The position numbers and the translations under genes were made by a program. From Patescibacteria group bacterium (lineage in GTDB: Bacteria > Patescibacteriota > Patescibacteriia > Patescibacteriales > UBA12465), in the NCBI GenBank assembly GCA_041664445.1, contig JBAYKT010000002.1, positions 8,629 to 72,628 on the forward strand: 64,000 nucleotides of DNA, read 5' to 3'. The notes below the pieces were generated by a model. That model was not told the origin of the DNA and did not search any database. It saw only the letters and a list, made by a program, of their open reading frames with translations. Below are positions 57,003 through 64,000 of the stretch, in pieces; the stretch's first letter is position 1; every line of letters starts with the position of its first letter.

Positions 57003-58700
57003 TTACATTTCGTCTAAGGTGTCTAAACCGATAACATCCAAACCATTTTTTAAAACTTGCGACACGGCTTTAATTAGGGCTAAACGTACTTTTTTAATTT
57101 TTTTATCAGCTTTTAAAATATTGACGGCATGATAATAATCATTGGACAGCTGGGCAAGTTCAAAAAGATACTTGGTTAATTCACTCGGATTGCGCTTAAC
57201 GCTAGCTAAAATTATTATTTCCGGATATTTGGCGATCTTTATCAAGAGTTCCGCTTCTTTTTTCTCTAAGAGCAAAGAGAAATCAATTTTACCAAGCAAA
57301 GAAACGCCTGATTCTTTACGGAGAATGCTCTGAAGACGCGCATAGCTATACTCTAAATAACAAGCGGTATAACCATCGAACTTTAAGGACTCTTCAATAT
57401 TAAAGGTGATAATCTTATCGGCGCTGACTTTAAGCATCTCAAATTTAATAATACCGATTGTTAAAACATCGGCCACCCGAGTCACCTGTTCATCACTCCA
57501 ATCTTCATGTTTGCTTCGAGTTTCCTTAAGTAATCGCGCCCTAAGTTTAGTTTTTAGCTCTTCATAAGTAATAACGTTACCGGTACGCGAAGACATCATT
57601 CCTCCCGGCAAAGTCACGAAGTCATAAGGTAAATGAGTTAAACGTTGTTGATAACCCAAAAGCTCCAATACTTTAAATAATTGCTTAAAGTGAAGACTTT
57701 GACGAACATCAACGACATAAATAGACTCTACTAAATTATATAGGCTGAACTTATTAACCGCGAGTGCTAAATCGGCCACTGGGTACAGAGCCGTGCCATC
57801 GGATCTGATAATCGGCAATACGCCTAAATCATATTTTTCTAAATTAGCAATAATCGCCCCCTCGCTTTTAATTAAAATATTTTTAGCCAACATGGTATTA
57901 ACCATTTCCAGACCTTCGGCAATCACCTCGCTCTCATAAAAGGTTTTTTCAAATTTAACATCCAACTCTTTATATATAGAGGCAAAATAATCAATGCTCC
58001 AGCCTCTCGTTTCTTTCCAAAGAGTATAATTATCCCCGCTCCGGCTTTCAATTTCCTGCATTATTTTAGCTACTTCCAATTTATACTCCGGCCTATCAGT
58101 TAATTTTTGGCTAGCTTCAGCATAACATTTCCCCAATAACCAGCCCTTGGCTTCATTTTGATTGGTATATTCCGGATTCTTTTTTAAGTTCCAAATAGTT
58201 TTAGCGACATGAATACCAAAATCATTAATATAAGAGACGGGTATTGATTTAAAACCGTTGGCGCTTAATAGGCGATTAATGGCGTCGCCGTAAGCGATAT
58301 TGCGCAAATGCCCGACATGATATTCTTTATGAGTATTACCATTAGAATACTCAATCATAATTTGTTGCTGCCGGCCATTATTATTGCGGCCATAATTATC
58401 TTTTCCTTTTTTAATTTGCGCAATCACTTCAGTCGCTAATAATTTAGGAATGATAAAAAAATTAAGATAAGGGCCGACTGGTCTAACTTCTGAAAAGTAA
58501 ACGGCTAATTCCTGATTTTGCTTAATTGTTTCGGCCCATTTCTTGGCTAGTTCCACCGGACTAATATTTTCTTTTTTTGCTGGTTCAAAGCAAGCCAGAC
58601 TCAAATCGCCTAAATCAGAGCTAGGCGGATAAGAAAAAACAAGCGCGGAAGCGCTAAGTTGAGAAGTTATTTTATTTTTTAGACTTTCCAGAAAAGTCAT
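57003..58700 (-). CDS. argS: Arginine--tRNA ligase
   Basis: HIGH-region variant HVGHLRN, DALK-type anticodon-binding C-terminus, 565 aa. Confidence 0.9.
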   Translation of the reverse strand: MTFLESLKNKITSQLSASALVFSYPPSSDLGDLSLACFEPAKKENISPVELAKKWAETIKQNQELAVYFSEVRPVGPYLNFFIIPKLLATEVIAQIKKGKDNYGRNNNGRQQQIMIEYSNGNTHKEYHVGHLRNIAYGDAINRLLSANGFKSIPVSYINDFGIHVAKTIWNLKKNPEYTNQNEAKGWLLGKCYAEASQKLTDRPEYKLEVAKIMQEIESRSGDNYTLWKETRGWSIDYFASIYKELDVKFEKTFYESEVIAEGLEMVNTMLAKNILIKSEGAIIANLEKYDLGVLPIIRSDGTALYPVADLALAVNKFSLYNLVESIYVVDVRQSLHFKQLFKVLELLGYQQRLTHLPYDFVTLPGGMMSSRTGNVITYEELKTKLRARLLKETRSKHEDWSDEQVTRVADVLTIGIIKFEMLKVSADKIITFNIEESLKFDGYTACYLEYSYARLQSILRKESGVSLLGKIDFSLLLEKKEAELLIKIAKYPEIIILASVKRNPSELTKYLFELAQLSNDYYHAVNILKADKKIKKVRLALIKAVSQVLKNGLDVIGLDTLDEM

Positions 58701-58734
58701 AATTTTATTTAGCCTTTTTTAAGGCCATAAATAC

Positions 58735-58764
58735 TTGGTAATAATCTTAGAATTATGTTATAAT
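58735..58764 (+). promoter_or_regulatory. Sigma70-like promoter with an extended -10 (TTGGTA-18-TGtTATAAT) for the plus-strand operon 58840-63917
   Basis: -35 at 58735-58740 and TGn-TATAAT at 58756-58764, about 75 nt upstream of the first ATG. Confidence 0.45.
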
Positions 58765-58839
58765 ACTATCAGACTTTATTAAGTTTTTCAATCCGGCGCT
58801 TGCCGCCTGGTTTGGACTACAAAGCTAGCTTTTAATTTT

Positions 58840-59820
58840 ATGTTTTCTTATCGCTCAATCTTAAAACAATCTTGGAACATCGCCTGGAAGAACAAATATC
58901 TCTGGCTATTCGGACTTTTTGCTTCCATCGCGGCCGCCAGCGGTTCTTTTGAATATCAAGTCTTGGCCAATGGCTTACAATCAAGTGCTTTAGAAAATTC
59001 TTATTCCCATATTAACGGTTTAGTGCTTGTTCTAAGCGCCTTTGGCTCTTTCTGCGCCGGTTTTTGGAATTTATTTTCCTACGATATTTTTACAATCATT
59101 AACACTTTAACGGTTTTAATTATTACTCTGACTTTAATTGTGACTTTTGTCTGGCTATCCATCTCCTCGCAGGCCGCCCTGGTAGTCAGCGCTAAAAAAT
59201 TAATAGTGGCCAAGAAAAAAACACCAATTTTAAATATTAGAGAAAATCTAGCTAAAGGGCATCTTCATTTCTGGCCAGTGCTCGGACTAAACATTCTAAT
59301 TAAAGTTTTGGTTGGTCTAGCCCTCTTTATAATGTCCGTTCCTTTATTATTTTTAGCCGTGAATGGTTCCGCCTATTTAGCCGGAGTTTATGTTTTATCT
59401 TTTATAATTTTTACTCCGATTGCGGTTTCTCTGTCCTTAATAATTAAATACGCAATTGCTTACAACGTTTTAAATGATGAATCTTTCTGCGCATCTTTAA
59501 AAAAATCAATTAAACTATTTGGCAATAATTGGCTAATGAGCGTCGAAATGGGAATTATTCTCTTTATTATCAGCTTCCTGGCCGGTTTTCTATTGCTGGT
59601 TATTATTTCAATTTTTATTTTCCCATACCTCGTTTTTGCCGCCAACTACGGTTTAGCCTGGTTACTGGTTTTCTTGATGTTTATCGTTCTCGCTCTGATT
59701 CTATTTACCGGAGCGATTCTGACAACTTTTCAAGTATCCGCCTGGACTGATTTATTTTTAGAGCTGGAGGAAGGCCGCGGCGAAGCTAAACTGGAAAGAA
59801 TGTTCAAGAAAAAAGCTTAA
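58840..59820 (+). CDS. Polytopic integral membrane protein (about 9 TM), hypothetical. First gene of the PilB operon.
   Basis: Hydrophobic throughout. 4-nt gap to the pilB fusion. No homology recognised. Confidence 0.6.
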   Translation: MFSYRSILKQSWNIAWKNKYLWLFGLFASIAAASGSFEYQVLANGLQSSALENSYSHINGLVLVLSAFGSFCAGFWNLFSYDIFTIINTLTVLIITLTLIVTFVWLSISSQAALVVSAKKLIVAKKKTPILNIRENLAKGHLHFWPVLGLNILIKVLVGLALFIMSVPLLFLAVNGSAYLAGVYVLSFIIFTPIAVSLSLIIKYAIAYNVLNDESFCASLKKSIKLFGNNWLMSVEMGIILFIISFLAGFLLLVIISIFIFPYLVFAANYGLAWLLVFLMFIVLALILFTGAILTTFQVSAWTDLFLELEEGRGEAKLERMFKKKA

Positions 59821-59823
59821 ACT

Positions 59824-62800
59824 ATGGGAAAGGTGGACTCAATCGAAAATTTATTAAATCCGACAGGCGACGAAGAAAGCGTCGCCGGTCTTTTTGCGAG
59901 GAAACAGGAAGAAATAAAACTTAAAGAACTAGAACATAAAACGCAAAGAGACGCCGAAGAGCTTGGTCTGGATTATGTTAATCTCTATGGCTTCCCGATT
60001 AGTCCTGAGGCCTTAGTCTTAATTCAAGAAGAACGCGCCCAAGAACTAAAGGCGATTTGTTTTTTTTATGATGGTAAAAATATCAGAGTCGGTTGTTTAA
60101 ACCCTAGCGCCGAAGTTTTGGAAGAGATGAAACGATTAAGCGAGCAGTATTTTGCTGATGCTAAACTATATCTTGTTTCTTCCAATAGCTTAAAGGCCGC
60201 TTTAGAGGCCTACCGCTCGCTGCCAAAAGTTAAAAAATATGAAAGCGGCGTGGAAATTAGCTCTGAGCAACTAGAAAAATTTAAAAATGACATTTCCAGT
60301 TATAAAAATCTAAACGATAAAATAAATGACGTTAATATTACCGACGTCATTACTTTAATTTTAGCGACCGCCATTAAAGTCGGCGCCAGCGATGTTCATA
60401 TTGAAGCTGAGGATACTGGGGTTGTTATTCGGGTAAGATTGGATGGTGTTTTGCAAGAGGCGGCCGTTATCAGCCGCGAAAAATGGCATAAGATTATTTC
60501 CCGTTTAAAAATTCTGGCGCGCGTTAAAATTAATATTGAAAATAAACCGCAAGACGGACGTTATACAATTTATTTAGAGAAACGCCGAGTTGATGTTCGC
60601 TGCTCTTTCTTGCCGACGGCTTATGGAGAGAGCGTGGTTATGCGCCTTTTAGATTCCGCCATGACGTCTTTGGACATTGAAAACCTGGGTGTCAGACCGG
60701 AAGTCTTGCCGATTTTAAGAAGAGAAATTGCTAAACCAAATGGACTAATTTTAACCACCGGACCAACCGGCAGCGGTAAAACCACAACCCTATACGCTGT
60801 TATCAATAAACTTAATCAATCAGGCACCAAAATAATTACCTTGGAAGATCCAATTGAATACCAGCTATCGGGTATCAACCAAAGCCAAGTGGACAGCAAG
60901 CATGGTTTCAGTTTTTCTGAGGGTTTAAGGTCTATCTTACGCCAAGACCCTAATGTAGTAATGGTCGGGGAAATTAGAGATTTAGAAACCGCGGAAATTT
61001 CCATTCAAGCCTCTCTTACTGGTCATATTGTTTTATCAACTCTGCATACTAACGACGCCGCCGGAGTAATCCCCCGCTTAATTGATATCGGCGTAAAACC
61101 CTATTTTCTAGCACCTTCAATTAACGCCGTCATCGGCCAACGTTTAGTTAGGCGCCTATGTGTTCATTGCCGCCAAGAAAAAACTCTCAGCGCTGATGAA
61201 GAAGAATTGGTTCATAAAATATTAGCAGTCATTTCTCCCAAAACTGGTATTAATATCCCTTCTAAACTACCAAATGTTTTTCAAGCTGGTGCCGGTTGCG
61301 AACAATGCAACTTTACCGGCTATAAAGGCCGTTCCGGTATTTTTGAAATTTTTACACTGGACGACAAAATTCGCCAATTAACAGTAGAGCAAGCACCTTC
61401 TTTTAAAATTCTTCAGCAAGCGATTGAAAATGGCATGATTACCATGCTTCAAGACGGAGTTTTAAAAGCTTTGAATGGCGAAACTAGTTTAGAAGAAGTT
61501 TATCGCGTTATTGGTAATTTTGATTATGTTAACGAACTTTACGATATTGTAATTTCACAAACCATCGGGCGCGGCGTTAAAATAAGCGCCCAGCAAGTAG
61601 AAGACGCCAAGGAATTAAGTAAAAATATTTTAGAAATTAGTGAAAAAGCTAAAGAAGTGCCAACGTCTGATTTAATCAGACTGACAATGACCCTGGCCGT
61701 CTTACGCGAGGCGGGCGATGTTCATATCGAACCGACGGCCGATGAAGTTAAGATTCGTTTCCGCATTGATGGCATCTTGCATGATATTTTTTCCTTGCCA
61801 AAAACCAGTTATTTGCCATTACTATCGGAAGTAAAAATTCTAGCCGGCACTCCGACTAATATTAAGCGTGCCACTTTTGACGGCCGCTTCAGTGTTTATT
61901 TACCCGATCATAAAATTGATTGTCGTCTATCAATTATTTCCGGCGGTTACGGCGAAACTATCGTCGTGCGCTTATTAACAACTGAGGCCGCTAACTTGGA
62001 TATGGTAAAATTGGGAATTACCGGGACAACTTTAACTTCTTTAGAAGCGGCGATGAAAAAAAATAAAGGTATTATTATCACCACCGGACCAACCGGTAGC
62101 GGTAAGACCACCACCTTATACAGCGCCCTCAACCAACTCAACAAACCGGATGTTAAAATTATTACGGTTGAAGATCCAATTGAATACCAATTACCGGGCG
62201 TAATGCAAACCCAAATTGATGAAGCGAGCGGCTATACTTTTGTCTCGGCCATGAAATCCTTATTGCGCCAAAATCCTAATATCATGATGATTGGCGAAAT
62301 CCGAGACTCGGAAACAGCCAAGATTTCTATTGAAGCGGCAATGACCGGCCATTTAGTTTTATCAACTATCCATGCCAACAGCGCCGCCGGGGCCATCTCC
62401 CGCTTTGTCGGACTCGGCGTTGAACGCCAAGCGCTAGCCAACTCCATAGAATATACCATCGGTCAGCGTCTAGCTCGCCGAATCTGTCCTTACTGCAAAC
62501 AAGAAGCTATCGTCAGCTCGGAAGATTTAGAAAAAGTAAAAAATATTTTAAGCAGTATTAATAATCCAGCAGTTACGATTCCCGAAAAATTAACTTTTTA
62601 TAAAGGCACCGGCTGTGAAAAATGCGGTCAAATCGGTTATAAAGGAAGAATCGGCCTTTACGAAGCGATAACCATGACCCCCGGCATTCAAACTATAATT
62701 CAAAATGAAAGAGTCACTGACTTTGAAATTGAACAAGAAGCTATTAAAAACGGCATGGTAACCATGCTTCAGGATGGCGTCCTAAAAGCGCTAAACGGAG

Positions 62801-62835
62801 AAACAACTCTAGAAGAAGTATTCCGCGTAATTTAA
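59824..62835 (+). CDS. pilB: Tandem-fused double type IV pilus assembly ATPase (PilB/GspE family) with architecture N1-N2-CTD-N2-CTD and two complete ATPase cores
   Basis: Two Walker A (LILTTGPTGSGKTTTLYA and IIITTGPTGSGKTTTLYS). Two Asp/Glu boxes (ITLEDPIEYQL and ITVEDPIEYQL). Two Walker B (VMVGEIRD and MMIGEIRD). Two His boxes (TGHIVLSTLHT and TGHLVLSTIHA). Two tetra-Cys motifs. The C-terminal end sequence MxTMLQDGVLKALNGETxLEEVxRVI is repeated. 1003 aa. Confidence 0.85.
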   Translation: MGKVDSIENLLNPTGDEESVAGLFARKQEEIKLKELEHKTQRDAEELGLDYVNLYGFPISPEALVLIQEERAQELKAICFFYDGKNIRVGCLNPSAEVLEEMKRLSEQYFADAKLYLVSSNSLKAALEAYRSLPKVKKYESGVEISSEQLEKFKNDISSYKNLNDKINDVNITDVITLILATAIKVGASDVHIEAEDTGVVIRVRLDGVLQEAAVISREKWHKIISRLKILARVKINIENKPQDGRYTIYLEKRRVDVRCSFLPTAYGESVVMRLLDSAMTSLDIENLGVRPEVLPILRREIAKPNGLILTTGPTGSGKTTTLYAVINKLNQSGTKIITLEDPIEYQLSGINQSQVDSKHGFSFSEGLRSILRQDPNVVMVGEIRDLETAEISIQASLTGHIVLSTLHTNDAAGVIPRLIDIGVKPYFLAPSINAVIGQRLVRRLCVHCRQEKTLSADEEELVHKILAVISPKTGINIPSKLPNVFQAGAGCEQCNFTGYKGRSGIFEIFTLDDKIRQLTVEQAPSFKILQQAIENGMITMLQDGVLKALNGETSLEEVYRVIGNFDYVNELYDIVISQTIGRGVKISAQQVEDAKELSKNILEISEKAKEVPTSDLIRLTMTLAVLREAGDVHIEPTADEVKIRFRIDGILHDIFSLPKTSYLPLLSEVKILAGTPTNIKRATFDGRFSVYLPDHKIDCRLSIISGGYGETIVVRLLTTEAANLDMVKLGITGTTLTSLEAAMKKNKGIIITTGPTGSGKTTTLYSALNQLNKPDVKIITVEDPIEYQLPGVMQTQIDEASGYTFVSAMKSLLRQNPNIMMIGEIRDSETAKISIEAAMTGHLVLSTIHANSAAGAISRFVGLGVERQALANSIEYTIGQRLARRICPYCKQEAIVSSEDLEKVKNILSSINNPAVTIPEKLTFYKGTGCEKCGQIGYKGRIGLYEAITMTPGIQTIIQNERVTDFEIEQEAIKNGMVTMLQDGVLKALNGETTLEEVFRVI

Positions 62836-62839
62836 ATAT

Positions 62840-63415
62840 ATGATAAATAAAAAATTCTTAGACGATTTAAAAAAAGACTATCAAGCTAACGAAAGTGAAC
62901 GCCGACAAATTATCAGCGCCTCTAACGGCATTCTTTTTGAAGCTAAAAAAACTATTTTTTCCTTACAGCGCCAGGATTTTAAAACTGCCGAAACTAAAAT
63001 AACCGAAATGGAAAAAGCGCTGGCCAACTTAGAAAAACGCTTCGGGGCTGATAGACTAAAAAAAGAAGGCGCTTACAAAGCAGCCGCTGAAGAATATTTG
63101 GAAGGCAAAACTTTTTATTTAATAATCAAAAAGAAAGAGATTAATTCCAGCGCTGGCCTAAGTCTTGATTATGAATCATATTTAGGCGGTATTTGCGATT
63201 TAATCGGCGAACTAGTGCGTTATGCTACTAATCAAGCCGCTAAAGGCAAATTTGCCGAAGTCGCAAAAATAAAAAAAGCCGCCGAAGATATTATGGCGCA
63301 GTTGATTGATTTTGATATGACTGGATATCTGAGAACTAAATATGATCAAGCGCGCGGACACTTAAGAAAATTGGAACAAATGGCTTACGAGATTAAAATG
63401 CGAATCGGCAAATAA
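62840..63415 (+). CDS. Translin/TRAX-family protein (C3PO-like) retaining both TRAX-type catalytic motifs
   Basis: YLGGICDLIGELVRYA compared with human translin/TRAX YLLGVADLTGELMRLA. C-terminal LRTKYDQARGHLRKLEQMAYEIKMRIG compared with LRKRYDGLKYDVKKVEEVVYDLSIRG. An ExxE motif (EEYLE) plus DxxxE (DLIGE). 191 aa. Confidence 0.7.
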   Translation: MINKKFLDDLKKDYQANESERRQIISASNGILFEAKKTIFSLQRQDFKTAETKITEMEKALANLEKRFGADRLKKEGAYKAAAEEYLEGKTFYLIIKKKEINSSAGLSLDYESYLGGICDLIGELVRYATNQAAKGKFAEVAKIKKAAEDIMAQLIDFDMTGYLRTKYDQARGHLRKLEQMAYEIKMRIGK

Positions 63416-63419
63416 AAAT

Positions 63420-63917
63420 ATGTTAGTGGCGATTATTTCTGATATCCATGACAACCTTTTAAATTTGGCTAAATGCCTGGACTGGTGCAAAAATCATAAA
63501 ATAGAAAAAATGATTTGTTGCGGCGATGTCTGTGATGCCGATACCTTAAAATTTTTGGCAAAAAACTTTAAGGGGAAAATTTCTTTAGTCGAGGGAAACG
63601 GTGAAACTTTTATTGAATCGGATTTAAAAACCTTAAAAAATATTAAATACCACGGTTTGGCCGGAGTTGAAAAGATAGGCGGACTAAATCTGGGATTTTG
63701 CCATCAAAATAAAGACATCAACCAAGTGACTGAACTTAGCTCGCAAACTTTAGACTTTATTTTTCTTGGCCACAGCCATAAACCTTGGCTGGAAAAGAAG
63801 GAGCAAACTTTTATCGCTAACCCCGGAAATGTTTCTGGCACTTTTTATCAAGCCACCTTCGCCGTTTTGAACACGGACAATAAAAAGCTTGATTTGAAAA
63901 TATTGGCGCATCTTTAA
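63420..63917 (+). CDS. YfcE/MJ0936-type metallophosphoesterase (phosphodiesterase)
   Basis: MLVAIISDIHDN, GDVCD, GNGE and GHSHKPW metal-binding motifs. 165 aa. Confidence 0.8.
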   Translation: MLVAIISDIHDNLLNLAKCLDWCKNHKIEKMICCGDVCDADTLKFLAKNFKGKISLVEGNGETFIESDLKTLKNIKYHGLAGVEKIGGLNLGFCHQNKDINQVTELSSQTLDFIFLGHSHKPWLEKKEQTFIANPGNVSGTFYQATFAVLNTDNKKLDLKILAHL

Positions 63918-63935
63918 AATAATTTTCCATAAAAA

Positions 63936-63963
63936 ATCCCCGTAAAACACGGGGATTTTTTTA
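63936..63963 (+). terminator. Intrinsic terminator at the operon end: atccccg-taaaaca-cggggat plus T7
   Basis: 7-bp GC-rich stem followed by ttttttt. Confidence 0.6.
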
Positions 63964-64000
63964 TTGAAGAAACTAATATTTATAGCGTCCTGTTCTTTAA

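Noticed and set aside
58790-58815. Weak GC-rich hairpin (ggcg-cttgc-cgcc) in the argS/operon intergenic region
   Set aside because: Only a 4-bp stem with no adjacent T-run. Not a convincing terminator or operator.
59824-62835. Possibility that the double PilB is an assembly artefact (collapsed or duplicated tandem genes)
   Set aside because: The halves are clearly diverged at both DNA and protein level, the second half lacks N1, and the junction is in frame with a plausible linker. It is a genuine fusion unless raw reads show a stop.
1-64000. CRISPR arrays, tRNA/rRNA genes, IS elements or integrases
   Set aside because: No short direct-repeat arrays, no tRNA-like T-arm or acceptor signatures in the intergenic regions, and no transposase or integrase motifs in any ORF

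Overview
This window is 64 kb of AT-rich, tightly packed bacterial chromosome with only about nine strand switches across 64 kb. Gene content and style look Candidate-Phyla-Radiation/Patescibacteria-like: an anaerobic class III ribonucleotide reductase only, FtsZ/FtsA, type IV pilus parts, mostly absent Shine-Dalgarno sites, and giant Cys-rich surface proteins. That assignment is inference from gene content.

Housekeeping genes present:
- nrdR-nrdD-nrdG, with nrdG broken by an in-frame TAA
- A copA P1B-ATPase
- ftsZ-ftsA
- pilD plus a Wzy_C-TPR membrane protein
- secD-secF, clpP, a short Rel/SpoT, rpsU, hisS, lepB, queA, ruvB
- A UvrD-helicase/Cas4-like-nuclease fusion
- capA, an M16 peptidase, radC, rmuC, mscL, gyrA, ndk, two MBL-fold proteins, glyQS, argS

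The stand-out regions, with the surface island and the fused-PilB/translin operon as the best candidates for undescribed biology:
1. 15.8-30.4 kb holds a roughly 15 kb all-minus-strand cell-surface island. It has three giant Cys-rich extracellular proteins of 887, 1904 and 1220 aa. Two of them share a VirB2/TrbC-like N-terminal membrane hairpin. Small membrane-anchored proteins with thrombospondin-type-3-like Ca-binding repeats sit alongside.
2. 58.8-63.9 kb is an operon with a polytopic membrane protein and a covalently tandem-fused double PilB/GspE ATPase of 1003 aa. It also carries a bacterial translin/TRAX-like protein that keeps both nuclease motifs, and a YfcE-like phosphodiesterase.
3. 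55.2-55.4 kb has a 51-aa Lys/Ala-rich histone-H1-like gene that the ORF track misses. It lies antisense to a spurious ORF.

No CRISPR array, rRNA, tRNA or obvious mobile element was seen. Coordinates I derived myself may be off by 1-2 nt.
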